NCBI GenBank assembly: GCA_943789025.1
Contig: CALSSN010000008.1
Coordinates: forward strand, 138,756-202,755
DNA: 64,000 bases
Origin: an uncultured Verrucomicrobiales bacterium
GTDB taxonomy: Bacteria; Verrucomicrobiota; Verrucomicrobiia; Verrucomicrobiales; DEV007
Direction of reading: 5' to 3'
In this document: piece after piece, positions 8,910-18,036 of the stretch
Position numbering within the stretch: the first letter of the stretch is position 1
Layout of the letters: every line of letters begins with the position of its first letter
Translations under genes and position numbers: made by a program
The notes under the pieces: generated by a model
Told to the model about the DNA's origin: nothing
The model's database searches: none
Seen by the model: only the letters and a program-made list of their open reading frames with translations

Positions 8910-10158
8910 AAAAAGCCCCAGACATCTGGAAAGCTCCGATGCTTCGGGAGAACAGATCCGCATCCTTCAACAACAGGTTCAGATGCTTCAAGAGCAAGTG
9001 ATCGCCCTTGAAGAAGAAAACCTTAATCTCTTCAAGCAAAGTTCCTCACCTCAAAAATCCCCAGCGGAGGATTCTCGGGAAACTCAAGAGTCAAGCGCAC
9101 AGGAAGATCTTTTCCGAAGGGCTCTCAGGTATCTTCAGCAACCTGAGGAGCCGATTCCCCTGATCATTCCGACAGAAATTCAAGCCATGCGCACAGCCGT
9201 GCGTGAAGCGCTCGTGGGTGAAGATCCAGAGACCTGGGAGACAAGGGAAGCAGTCTGGAAAACCATCGGCCTCATTCCTGACGACTGTGATCTTCTCCTC
9301 TGCTTCGAGGACATGATCCTCGAAAACTTCCCCCTGCTGCCCATGCAGGATGGCTCACTTCTCCAGCTCGAGGGCAGCTCGCTCCATCTGAGCCAGATTG
9401 TTCCTGCTTTTTCAGCCCTGCTGACCGCCGAAAAAGGAACTCTCTGGGGGGATGAAGAAAGGGGAAAGGACGATGCCCGCTGGCTTCACAAGCTGGCCTC
9501 TGATCTTGGCGATGGCCTGCAGGCTCAGACGGAAGCGTTACTTGCCGCGCCTTTGAACGTAAAGGCCGGAGTAGGCAGCACCATGGAAGCGCTTTTTTTT
9601 CGAGCGCCAGCCGCAATTCGCGACCTTTTCCGAAGCCTGCCGCCAATCGGTGTCGCCATGCTCCAGAAGAACCCAGAGGCCGAAGGAGGCACCACTTCTC
9701 CCTCCCGGGTTTCTTTTCCTCCCATATCGAATACCCTCGGCAGACAAGCTTCCTGGGACGGCACCTGGGGCGGGACCCTGACCGCCCTTCTCCTGAAACA
9801 GTTTCTCCCGGAAGCGACGGCAACCGCGGCAATTAAAGGCCTGGTCAGTGACCGCATGATCGGCTTCTTTGACGACCCCAACGACCCCAACGACCTTCAA
9901 CTCGCTTGGTCGAGCCGCTGGAATTCCGTCCCGGAAGCGCGGATTTTCCACAGCACTCTCAAGCTCTACTTCACGAACCGGTGTGGAGATCCAGACACCT
10001 CCAAAAACTCGCCTGATCGCTGTCTTTTTTCGACGAACAATGGGCGTAAGGTCGACATTCGCTTCGCGTCCGACCCCACTCACGTTATCGTGACTCTAGC
10101 TTCCAACCCAGGCTGGCTGGAGGCACTCATCGCAGCCGGTTCTGCAACCAGGCCATGA
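8830..10158 (+). CDS. Hypothetical exported or membrane-anchored protein with N-terminal coiled coil
   Basis: 442-aa ORF. Signal/anchor-like LLFFLILAGSFF, then a heptad-like segment (IRILQQQVQMLQEQVIALEEENLNLF). No recognisable catalytic motif. Stop overlaps the acyP start (ATGA). Confidence 0.55.
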   Translation: MSPAYRLLFFLILAGSFFTGRHLVTDEKSPRHLESSDASGEQIRILQQQVQMLQEQVIALEEENLNLFKQSSSPQKSPAEDSRETQESSAQEDLFRRALRYLQQPEEPIPLIIPTEIQAMRTAVREALVGEDPETWETREAVWKTIGLIPDDCDLLLCFEDMILENFPLLPMQDGSLLQLEGSSLHLSQIVPAFSALLTAEKGTLWGDEERGKDDARWLHKLASDLGDGLQAQTEALLAAPLNVKAGVGSTMEALFFRAPAAIRDLFRSLPPIGVAMLQKNPEAEGGTTSPSRVSFPPISNTLGRQASWDGTWGGTLTALLLKQFLPEATATAAIKGLVSDRMIGFFDDPNDPNDLQLAWSSRWNSVPEARIFHSTLKLYFTNRCGDPDTSKNSPDRCLFSTNNGRKVDIRFASDPTHVIVTLASNPGWLEALIAAGSATRP

Positions 10159-10430
10159 TCGCAAAAAAAGGCATTTACACCGGACGCGTCCAGGGGGTCG
10201 GATTTCGCTATTCCATTAAACGGATCGCAATGGGATTCGACATTCAAGGGAGCGTTCGGAACCTTGAAGATGGCACCGTCGAAGTTCAGGCTATGGCCTG
10301 GGAAGAAGAAGAGCTGACTGATTTTTTCAGTGAAGTCGAAAACAGCCACCTCTCTGCTTTTATCAAAGAGGTCGAGGTCACCGAAATTTCACCCATGGAA
10401 AAAATCGAAGGTTTCACCATCTTGCGCTAG
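10155..10430 (+). CDS. acyP: Acylphosphatase
   Basis: 91 aa. The signature GRVQGVGFRYS near the N-terminus plus VRNLEDGTVEV is typical of the acylphosphatase fold. Confidence 0.85.
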   Translation: MIAKKGIYTGRVQGVGFRYSIKRIAMGFDIQGSVRNLEDGTVEVQAMAWEEEELTDFFSEVENSHLSAFIKEVEVTEISPMEKIEGFTILR

Positions 10431-10436
10431 ACGAAA

Positions 10437-10466
10437 GGTGCTGAGAGCACCAAACTTCTTTTTTCA
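10437..10466 (+). terminator. Possible intrinsic terminator after acyP
   Basis: GGTGCT-GAG-AGCACC hairpin (6-bp stem) followed by AAACTTCTTTTTTC. The stem is short, so this is tentative. Confidence 0.35.
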
Positions 10467-10487
10467 CTTTCACTCCTGAGAAAATCA

Positions 10488-11360
10488 ATGACCGAAGACT
10501 CGACCCCGGCCGTCTCTATCGACAACATCACCAAGGTATTTCCGCTTCCGTTACGCAAGGGAAAAGGACTCCTCGCCGTAGACAAGGTCAGCATCCAAAT
10601 GACCCCGGGGGAAATCTATGGACTGATCGGCCCCAACGGGTCCGGAAAATCCACCACCATGAAAATTCTTCTCGGGCTGGTGACTCCGACCGAGGGGCAC
10701 TCGCGGATTTTCGGCAAAGACAGTCGAAAAGTGGAAAGTAAACACGAAGTCGGATTTCTTCCGGAAAACCCCTATTTCTACAAGCACCTCACAGGCGCGG
10801 AAACCCTTCACTTCTATGGGAAGCTTTGCGGACTCAAGCGGAAACAGATTCGCGAGAGAACCGAAGAGCTTCTCGACCTGGTCGAACTCCAGAACGCGAG
10901 GGACCGGCGCCTTGGCGGCTACTCTAAGGGCATGCTCCAACGAATCGGGCTCGCGCAGGCGCTCATTCACAGACCGAAGCTTCTTGTCCTCGACGAGCCG
11001 ACTGCGGGTGTGGATCCAGTGGGGAGCCGACAGATTCGTGATCTCATTCTTCGATTGAGCGAAAAGGGTATTACCGTTTTCCTCTGCTCTCATCTGCTCG
11101 AACAGGTCCAGGAGATCTGCCACCGCGTCGGGATTATTTTTCGAGGCAAACTCGTCCGAGAGGGCACCCTTGCCGAGTTGATCTCGGTCGAAGACCAGAC
11201 CGAAATCATCCTCCGAGATGCTTCCCCCGAACTTCTCGAGAAAATCCAAACTCTCGTCGATTCAGAAAACACGGAGACAGTCCGAGTCGGCAAACCCAGA
11301 ACCACCCTCGAAAGGCTCTTTCTCGACCACGCCGCCTCTGACCGGCAGAACAAGGAGTAG
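10488..11360 (+). CDS. ABC transporter ATP-binding protein (ABC-2 type)
   Basis: 290 aa. Walker A GPNGSGKST, signature YSKGMLQR, Walker B LLVLDEPT. Confidence 0.9.
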   Translation: MTEDSTPAVSIDNITKVFPLPLRKGKGLLAVDKVSIQMTPGEIYGLIGPNGSGKSTTMKILLGLVTPTEGHSRIFGKDSRKVESKHEVGFLPENPYFYKHLTGAETLHFYGKLCGLKRKQIRERTEELLDLVELQNARDRRLGGYSKGMLQRIGLAQALIHRPKLLVLDEPTAGVDPVGSRQIRDLILRLSEKGITVFLCSHLLEQVQEICHRVGIIFRGKLVREGTLAELISVEDQTEIILRDASPELLEKIQTLVDSENTETVRVGKPRTTLERLFLDHAASDRQNKE

Positions 11361-11374
11361 ACAAACTGATCGTC

Positions 11375-12286
11375 ATGGATGCCCAGACTCTTCCCAACAA
11401 CCCTCACCGCAAGTTTTCCCCAGGCCGGATCTGGGCGCTCGCAACCAGCACTTTGACCCAGCTGGTGCGCATGAAGGTCTTTTACTTCCTGCTTATTTTC
11501 ATTGCCCTCCTCTTCGTAGCCGGATTCCTCTTCATCAGCTTAAGTTTCGAACAGGAACTCAAGCTGCTCAAGGACATCGCCTTTGGCGCGATGTCGCTCT
11601 TCTCCATCATTTTCGCCATCGTGGGAACCGCGATTCTTATCCCGCGGGACGTCGAAGACCGGACTCTTTACACCATCCTTTCCAAACCTGTTCCTCGCCT
11701 CGAATATCTCATCGGAAAACTCTTTGGGGTTCTCCTTCTTGTCGCCATCAGTCTCATCGCGATGGACCTGATCTTCTCGGCGATTCTCTACCTCAGGCAG
11801 AACGTTATCCTGACCGAACAGATCGCATTGCTTGAATCGGAAGGAAATGCCACTCCCGAAAACATCGCGGACGTCACAAATCTGGTGAATGCCCAAGGAG
11901 TTAATTGGGATCTTCAGGCAGCTGTTTTTTCGATCTTTCTCAAAGCAGCCGTTCTGGCCTCCTTCTCAATGCTTCTTTCCACCTTCGCGACGTCGACCAT
12001 GTTCACCATTGTCGTTGGCTTCGCTATCTTCTTCATTGGACACGGTCAGTCTCTCGCGCGGGACTATTTTCTGGGCGGAATCGAAGTCGAAGCAATCCAG
12101 AAATTGATCACTGTAACCCTGGTCGTCCTGTTCCCGGACCTCCAACTCTTTAACCTCGTCGACGGTGTGGTGTCAGGCGAATCGGTCCCCGTATCTCTGC
12201 TGCTTAAAATCACCGGGATTGCTACTCTCTACCTCGTGATCTATAACCTCGCCGCTTATCTTGTCTTCTCCGAGAAGGAACTTTAA
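11375..12286 (+). CDS. ABC-2 type transporter permease
   Basis: 303 aa, multiple hydrophobic helices, directly downstream of the ATPase. Confidence 0.75.
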   Translation: MDAQTLPNNPHRKFSPGRIWALATSTLTQLVRMKVFYFLLIFIALLFVAGFLFISLSFEQELKLLKDIAFGAMSLFSIIFAIVGTAILIPRDVEDRTLYTILSKPVPRLEYLIGKLFGVLLLVAISLIAMDLIFSAILYLRQNVILTEQIALLESEGNATPENIADVTNLVNAQGVNWDLQAAVFSIFLKAAVLASFSMLLSTFATSTMFTIVVGFAIFFIGHGQSLARDYFLGGIEVEAIQKLITVTLVVLFPDLQLFNLVDGVVSGESVPVSLLLKITGIATLYLVIYNLAAYLVFSEKEL

Positions 12287-12294
12287 CCCATCAG

Positions 12295-13071
12295 ATGACT
12301 TTCAAAGGACGCAGGCCCATCCTTCTTGCTCTTGCGGTGATTCTCATCACCGGGGCAGCTCGTATCCCACTGGAAGCAAGAATCGAGCAGGATCTCATCG
12401 ATAACCGATTTCGAGATGGCACGCCTGGACTTGAATTGCGGGAACAGCTTGGACAGATGGGTTTCGTTGCGGCTTTCGGTGGATTTCGCTCCCTGGTTGC
12501 CAGTGTTCTCGACATGCTTGCATTCGTCTCTTACTCCAACCAGGAATGGGGAGAAGTAGACAGCAGGTATGCTTTAATCTGCCGGCTCCAACCGCGTCTG
12601 ATCAAATACTGGGACCTCGCCAGCTGGCACATGGCCTACAATGCGGTCGCTTACTACACACACAGAAATCCTGCAACAGAGCACCTGCGCCAAGCGGTCA
12701 AAGACCGGCTCGTCGCCGGTTACGTCGAGCGGGGAAAAGAGTATCTTGAGCAAGGACTCACCTTCGTTCCCGAAGCTGGAGAATTACACACCAGACTTGC
12801 GGAAATCTACCGGAAGCTCGATCCAAACCCTCCAAAGGCTGCCGAACACTACCTGCAGGCCTATCAGCACTCGGGAAGTGAGCACCTCGAACGCGCTTAT
12901 GCTTACGAGCTCGTCAAGTGTTCAGAAAGAAGCCGTTGGGAGAAAGCGTATGAAGTGCTCTGCAGGCATCTTAAGGACGCCTCGAATCCCTTGAGTCTCA
13001 CTCGAGACCTCAAAAATCTCGAAGAGCGCCTCCAGATCCCTTTCATGCTCCGCGTCTCGGAAAACAGATAG
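12295..13071 (+). CDS. Hypothetical membrane-anchored helical-repeat (TPR-like) protein
   Basis: 258-aa ORF 8 nt after the permease. N-terminal anchor ILLALAVILITGAA. The remainder is predicted helical, with no catalytic motif. Confidence 0.55.
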   Translation: MTFKGRRPILLALAVILITGAARIPLEARIEQDLIDNRFRDGTPGLELREQLGQMGFVAAFGGFRSLVASVLDMLAFVSYSNQEWGEVDSRYALICRLQPRLIKYWDLASWHMAYNAVAYYTHRNPATEHLRQAVKDRLVAGYVERGKEYLEQGLTFVPEAGELHTRLAEIYRKLDPNPPKAAEHYLQAYQHSGSEHLERAYAYELVKCSERSRWEKAYEVLCRHLKDASNPLSLTRDLKNLEERLQIPFMLRVSENR

Positions 13072-13175
13072 CCGCCGCGCCCCTGTGCGCAGCATCAGAT
13101 GGGACTTGCAATAAAAGCTCACCGATCAAAGATTAAGCCTTCGCCTTCCATTACCTTCTTTCGCGTTACGAGCAG

Positions 13176-13898
13176 ATGAAATTCGCCATTTTCGGAGATG
13201 TCCACGCCAACCTTGAGGCTCTCCATGCCATGCTCACCGATGCTGCTGAGAACGATTGTACTGACTTCATCTGTATCGGAGATATTGTCGGCTACAATGC
13301 CAATCCTTCGGAGTGCCTGCGCGTTATCCAAAAACTAGACTGCCCTGTCATCAAAGGCAATCACGACGAAGAAGCTTCTCTGGACACTGATCTCGTCGGC
13401 CTCAACCCGCTTGCCGAAGCAGCGCTTAGCTGGACCCGAGCGGCACTTTCAGAAGAAGAGAAAGAATGGCTGAGGAACCTCCGCCTGCTGCGCCAAGTAA
13501 GAGATTTTACCATCGTCCATGCCACGCTCGATACCCCCAGTGGTTGGGCTTATGTCATGAATAAATTCGATGCCATGGCGAGTTTCAGCTACCAGTTCAC
13601 TCAGGTCTGTTTTTACGGGCACACGCACGCACCCGTCACTTACGTCAAGGAGGGTTCAGTCACCGAGCGCAGAGAACCTGTCATCCGGCTCGAAACAGGA
13701 AAAAAGTATTTCGTCAATGTCGGCAGTGTCGGTCAACCTCGTGATGGGAATTGGCGCTCATCCTATGCGATTTTTGACTACGACAACAAAGTAATCACCA
13801 ACCGCCGGGTCGAATACGATATTCAGACAGCGCAGTCGAAAATCATCTCTGAGGGCCTGCCCGAAATGCTAGCCAGCCGACTGTTGCTCGGAAAGTAG
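13176..13898 (+). CDS. Metallophosphoesterase (YfcE/MJ0936-like)
   Basis: MKFAIFGDVHAN, GDIVGY, GNHDE and GHTH motifs in canonical order. Confidence 0.8.
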   Translation: MKFAIFGDVHANLEALHAMLTDAAENDCTDFICIGDIVGYNANPSECLRVIQKLDCPVIKGNHDEEASLDTDLVGLNPLAEAALSWTRAALSEEEKEWLRNLRLLRQVRDFTIVHATLDTPSGWAYVMNKFDAMASFSYQFTQVCFYGHTHAPVTYVKEGSVTERREPVIRLETGKKYFVNVGSVGQPRDGNWRSSYAIFDYDNKVITNRRVEYDIQTAQSKIISEGLPEMLASRLLLGK

Positions 13899-13913
13899 GC
13901 CCTAATTCAACTC

Positions 13914-14933
13914 TTGCCACCTGTGGCCGAAGAACCTCGCCCCGCCACCCGGCAGGATCCCGGTTTCATCATCGTGAAGCCGAGCTCCCTCGGCGATATC
14001 GTCCATGCGCTGCCATCTTTTGCCGCTCTCAGGAGAGCATACCCCGAATCCAGAATTTCATGGATCGCAAACAGCGAGTGGATTCCCCTCCTCAAGCACG
14101 TTCCAGATCTCGATGTCCTGATTCCCTTTCCGCGTTCTGACTTTCGCGGTCCCTTGGCCCTTCCACGTTTTTTCAAGTGGTGCTGGAAACTCCGGGAAAG
14201 CAACGAATTTCCGGGGGAAAGAATCTTTGATCTCCAAGGCCTGATAAGAAGCGCCCTGATGGGACGAGCCCGCCCGCAAGCCAAAGTCGTAGGCTCGCTG
14301 GCCTCACGAGAGGGAGCCCACCTTTTCTATCACGTCCGCACTCCGGATCCGGGGTTCTGTCACGCAGTCGATCACTGTCTTTCGATCATGCAGGCTGATG
14401 GCATTCCGATCCCTGATTCCTCGGAACACGTCGAGTTTCCTCTCGGTCGTGGCGACCGCCCTGAAAAACCACTTCCTGATTCTTTTGTCCTCCTTCACCC
14501 CTACTCACGAGGAGCCGGAAAAAGCATCGCCCATGAGGATATTCCATTCCTTCTCGAAAGCTTCGCTCCCAGAAAAGTCGTTGTTGTAGGACATCCTGCG
14601 GAAAATGCTCTCTCACCGGAAGGGGATCATATTACCAATCTCTGTGGCCAAACTACCCTCGGAGAACTCCTCTGGCTCTGTCGCAACGCATCTTCAGTCG
14701 TAAGTGTCGACAGCGGCCCTCTCCATATCGCGGCAGCGGTCAACCCCAATGTTGTCGGAATTCATACCTGGTCCGACCCGAGACGGGTGGGTCCCTACAC
14801 AGCTTCCTCCCTCGTCTGGAAAGGAGGCATTCTTGGAAGAGTAGCAGCTCTCACAGCGGAAGCTGCTGCTGCCAGCACCTTGCCGACGCGAAGTGATCTG
14901 AGAGAGATCGCGACTGCTGGAGCGGATGCCTGA
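13914..14933 (+). CDS. Glycosyltransferase family 9 (LPS heptosyltransferase-like)
   Basis: 339 aa. N-terminal IIVKPSSLGDIVHALP motif typical of GT9. TTG start as given in the ORF track. Confidence 0.75.
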   Translation: MPPVAEEPRPATRQDPGFIIVKPSSLGDIVHALPSFAALRRAYPESRISWIANSEWIPLLKHVPDLDVLIPFPRSDFRGPLALPRFFKWCWKLRESNEFPGERIFDLQGLIRSALMGRARPQAKVVGSLASREGAHLFYHVRTPDPGFCHAVDHCLSIMQADGIPIPDSSEHVEFPLGRGDRPEKPLPDSFVLLHPYSRGAGKSIAHEDIPFLLESFAPRKVVVVGHPAENALSPEGDHITNLCGQTTLGELLWLCRNASSVVSVDSGPLHIAAAVNPNVVGIHTWSDPRRVGPYTASSLVWKGGILGRVAALTAEAAAASTLPTRSDLREIATAGADA

Positions 14934-15273
14934 TTTCCGGCAGCATCGTTTTTTTGAAGATCAGGCAATCCACCCGACGGGGGCAAATATGGTCACTCGA
15001 CGACCCAATGTCCTTTTTGAAAAGATCAGCATGGTGGAGAATTAGCAGCAAAAACCTCCCTGAAGCGGAAATCTCTTGCCTTGTTTTTTTGAAACTTTTG
15101 ATTGATTGTCCTTATATCTTAAATTTAAATAAGAGTTGGAAGGGCTAAAAGCCTAAAAAAACAATTATTCCTCAAAAAAAATAAGCACAAACGTTTTAGG
15201 TAGCTTAGTGTTCCAGTAGTATGGGTTGTTTAGACACATCAATTAAAAGCGCCACCAATCAATCAATAAACCA
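14934..15273. promoter_or_regulatory. AT-rich intergenic region upstream of marR (probable promoter/operator region)
   Basis: 340 nt, markedly more AT-rich than the flanks. Contains an 11-nt inverted repeat TTGATTGATTG (15098-15108) / CAATCAATCAA (15256-15266), the latter 8 nt upstream of the marR ATG. No -10/-35 assignment attempted. Confidence 0.3.
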
Positions 15274-15705
15274 ATGGTAAATAAAAAAGTTCAACAAGAA
15301 GAAGCAGCCCAACTGGCAGATTTTATTATGTTCGCCCAGAGATCCTTCCTTCTCGATCTTTCGAAGGAGTTGAATAAAGGTGACGTCTCGTATGCTCAAT
15401 TCTTCCTCCTCGGCTACCTGGCCAAGGAGGACTGTCTCACCATGTCAGATATTGCGAAAAAGATGGGCCACTCGACCGCCGCCGCCACGGGTCTTGTCGA
15501 CCGACTGGAAAAACTGGGATACGTCCAGCGACAGCACGCTGCTGACGACCGACGCAAGGTCATGGTCAAAATCACTTCGCAGGGAGAGCGGCTCGTCAGC
15601 CACCTTCGTGGCGGGATCGAAGACGGCGTCTCCAAGCTGCTTTCTGATCGAGATAGCTCCGTGAGTGAGGTCCTCCAGAATATTGAAGATCAAGTCGCTT
15701 CCTGA
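15274..15705 (+). CDS. MarR family transcriptional regulator
   Basis: 143 aa. Winged-helix segment LTMSDIAKKMGHSTAAATGLVDRLEKLGYVQRQHAADDRRKV is typical of MarR. Confidence 0.85.
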   Translation: MVNKKVQQEEAAQLADFIMFAQRSFLLDLSKELNKGDVSYAQFFLLGYLAKEDCLTMSDIAKKMGHSTAAATGLVDRLEKLGYVQRQHAADDRRKVMVKITSQGERLVSHLRGGIEDGVSKLLSDRDSSVSEVLQNIEDQVAS

Positions 15706-15838
15706 AACGGGGCCTCTTCCCGCACCCGATTGTCATGTGCCCCTGATCGGTAGCAGGTGGGAAGATCGGCTCCGCTGACTTTCGAAGATCCCGTTTGCCG
15801 GCCAGTCAGGGCGTGGCGACGGGATCTTTGCTTTTTTC

Positions 15839-16528
15839 ATGCTCCACATCAGAGACTCCTTGGTCGATCAGTTTCCACCACTGCTCGCGATTGGAGGGCT
15901 GAAACATGCTTTTATTACCAGGGATCTTTCAGTCCCGGAAGCCCTGACCACAGATCGCGCTGCTGCGTTAAGGGCTTTGACCCCGACCCACTCCCACGTC
16001 TGCCAGCAATTGGGGTTCTCATGGGCGGAGCTCGTCACGGCAGAGCAGGTGCATGGAGATGCGGTCGCCATCGCTGGAGTCAATGACACCCGACGACTGC
16101 CCAATCCCATTCCAGGTGCCGATGGCTTAATTACCCAGGGCCCGGGAGCCGTGCTTGGGATTCACGTGGCGGATTGCGCTGCCGTCTCTCTCGTTGATCC
16201 GGAACATCGGGTGATTGGCCTCGTCCATTCCGGAAAGGCTGGAAGCGAGCTGGGAATTGTGGGAAAAGCGATCGCAGTCATGAAGAAATCTTTTGGCTCA
16301 AAACCGAGGAACATCATCGTTCATCTTGGTCCGTGTATCCGTCCACCCTGCTACGAGATTGACATTCCCAATCTTATTCGCTCTGGTGCACTGGAAGCGG
16401 GAATTCTCTCTATCAACTATCACGACTGCGGAATTTGCACAGCAGAGCAACTCAAGCGCTACTATTCCTACCGCATGGAAAAAGGAGCAACCGGGCGTAT
16501 GCTGGCACTTCTGGGATGGGAAAACTAG
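15839..16528 (+). CDS. pgeF: YfiH/PgeF family (DUF152, laccase-domain) protein
   Basis: 229 aa. GADGLIT, HVADCAAV, GLVHSGKAG and GPCIRPPCYE motifs characteristic of the YfiH family. Confidence 0.8.
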   Translation: MLHIRDSLVDQFPPLLAIGGLKHAFITRDLSVPEALTTDRAAALRALTPTHSHVCQQLGFSWAELVTAEQVHGDAVAIAGVNDTRRLPNPIPGADGLITQGPGAVLGIHVADCAAVSLVDPEHRVIGLVHSGKAGSELGIVGKAIAVMKKSFGSKPRNIIVHLGPCIRPPCYEIDIPNLIRSGALEAGILSINYHDCGICTAEQLKRYYSYRMEKGATGRMLALLGWEN

Positions 16529-16535
16529 GGAGGGG

Positions 16536-16756
16536 CCGATGCATGGCGGTGCCCGTCATTGTTGTCCGCATTCAGCGTCGCACGGCGCGAGGCGGAAGTG
16601 GATGAGCATCCACGACCAACGACCAACGCGCAACACAGCCACGCTGAATGCGGGCAGCAACTTGAGGGGCTTCTTCAGCGAGCTCAGAGCGTAGCGATGC
16701 TGACCTTAATCCAATTCCATTCCAGGTGACGGGTGGAGCAATTGATCAGACCTTCT
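16536..16756 (+). repeat. Copy A of a ~210-nt non-coding dispersed repeat (inverted partner at 23033-23249)
   Basis: By-eye alignment to the reverse complement of 23033-23249 is nearly base-for-base over long runs (GGTGCCCGTCATTGTTGTCC, CACGGCGCGAGGCGGAAGTGGATGA, CATCCACGACCAACGA, GGGCTTCTT, AGCGAGCTCAGAGCG, AATCCAATTCCATTCCA), with one ~7-nt indel. Confidence 0.8.
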
Positions 16757-16919
16757 TAACTGGCAAGCGCTCTCATCCGGCCGCGCCACTGCCGCGCAAT
16801 TTCCGCGTAAGTCACGCGCGCTCAGACGCGCCTTTTCTCTTAAAAGAAAAAGGAAAAAGGGCAAAAGATTCAAAGCGAAGACCTGCCGCGCAGCCTCGTG
16901 CCCAGCATGCCCACAAGCC

Positions 16920-16940
16920 GCAGCAGCAGCAGCAGCAGCA
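16920..16940. repeat. Trinucleotide repeat (GCA)x7
   Basis: Read directly: GCAGCAGCAGCAGCAGCAGCA within a low-complexity non-coding stretch. Confidence 0.9.
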
Positions 16941-17257
16941 CCGCCCGGGTCGGGGGGCCGGCTCAGGGCTGGGGCTGGCCTGCGAATCCACTCGGGCAAG
17001 GATCTCGTCCAAGGAAAAGCCCACAGCGCATTCCAGCCAACCCTTCACCGAGTCGGCGAAAAAAAACATCAAGGGCAGGACACAGGAAGTGACACAAAGA
17101 AGCTGGGTGGACACCTTGGCCGAGAAAGCAGAGCATCAGCAGTCAATCACTGAGACACAGAAACACCACTGACACGGGTGGAGTTGTTCCCACTTTTGTT
17201 CCCACTTCGTAGCCCCAACGGTATCAGAAGCAGCATAACCCCTTCAGATAGAGGGGG

Positions 17258-17331
17258 TGGTACGGGTAGCGAGAATCGAACTCGCGTCTCAAGCTTGGGA
17301 AGCTCGCGTCCTACCACTGAACGATACCCGC
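17258..17331 (-). tRNA. tRNA-Gly (anticodon CCC)
   Basis: Reverse complement GCGGGTATCGTTCAGTGGTAGGACGCGAGCTTCCCAAGCTTGAGACGCGAGTTCGATTCTCGCTACCCGTACCA folds as a cloverleaf. Anticodon loop TTCCCAA, T-loop TTCGATT, encoded CCA. Position 1:72 would be a G:U pair. Confidence 0.85.
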
Positions 17332-17419
17332 GATCTCGAACTGAAGCGTCTCTATAGTGACAAGGCGTTGTCTGTTACCTGAGGGATGGCGGGAAGCAGG
17401 CTCTTTTCGAAGCGGATTT

Positions 17420-17959
17420 CTACTTTGCCAGCTTGGCTTTTTGTTTCACAATCGCTGCGGCTTTGGCTTTCCGCTTGGAAAGAATGGTTTCGTATGGCTT
17501 TTCCCCCTTGATGGATTCAAGCTTAGCCAGAACCTGTTGGCGGTTAGTACTTTCCAGCTCCCGACTTAAGGCAGCGAGGACAAAGGCGTCATCTTCGCCG
17601 AAGGTTCGCAGCGACCAGGGCATGCCTCCGGGCTTGGAGCACCCAGGCCATTTGGCAATCCAGCGACTGTAGGTATGAGTTTCCCCATTTTTCTGGATGA
17701 CCGACCTCGTGCCGAGAGAAACCCCGACAACGCCCGAGGTATTGCGCCGTGTGACTCGGCCCTTGCCGGAGTTACGGGCGGGCAGGGTGGGTAAGAGTAT
17801 GTCGCGTCGTGCGCGTGCAGCATCCTCCGCGGCTGTCCAGCTGCCATCGAACTTCGAGATGGCGAAGGATTCGTGGAGTTTTTTATCATGGCGTTGGATG
17901 CGAAGAACAACAGTTTTTTCTTGTTTGTTGCGCGTGATATTGAGGTTCTTTTTTCTCAT
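17420..17959 (-). CDS. AP2/ERF-like DNA-binding domain protein
   Basis: 179-aa ORF. The segment NTSGVVGVSLGTR...THTYSRWIAKW resembles the AP2 domain core (SG..GV...+ W.A.I), with a Lys-rich C-terminus. Local GC appears lower than the surroundings. Confidence 0.6.
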   Translation of the reverse strand: MRKKNLNITRNKQEKTVVLRIQRHDKKLHESFAISKFDGSWTAAEDAARARRDILLPTLPARNSGKGRVTRRNTSGVVGVSLGTRSVIQKNGETHTYSRWIAKWPGCSKPGGMPWSLRTFGEDDAFVLAALSRELESTNRQQVLAKLESIKGEKPYETILSKRKAKAAAIVKQKAKLAK

Positions 17960-17985
17960 AGGAATTTTGGGTTTTGGGGCGTGTC

Positions 17986-18036
17986 GGGGTGGTTATATTC
18001 GGGGTTGTTATATTCGGGGTTGTTATATTCGGGGTT
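17986..18036. repeat. 15-bp direct tandem repeat (GGGGTTGTTATATTC) x3 plus a partial unit
   Basis: Read directly: GGGGTGGTTATATTC GGGGTTGTTATATTC GGGGTTGTTATATTC GGGGTT, located 27-77 nt upstream of the AP2-gene start codon (17959, minus strand). Confidence 0.9.

Noticed and set aside
16293-16694. Shared peptide GARHCCPHS..HGARRKWM.IHDQR in ORFs 16293..16694 (+) and 23115..23645 (-), which at first suggests a duplicated small Cys/His-rich protein
   Set aside because: The nucleotide alignment of the two copies contains a ~7-nt indel, and the substitutions show no third-codon-position bias. The frame is not conserved across the element. Both ORFs also overlap better-supported genes (pgeF, LOG). 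Treated as a non-coding repeat.
16726-17172. ORFs of 97-148 aa on both strands in the low-complexity stretch
   Set aside because: Their compositions are dominated by simple repeats (poly-Q, poly-A, poly-C, K/R runs) and they overlap one another. No credible domain.
17986-18036. Possible CRISPR array
   Set aside because: The units are only 15 bp and directly abutting with no spacers. No cas genes are present in the window.
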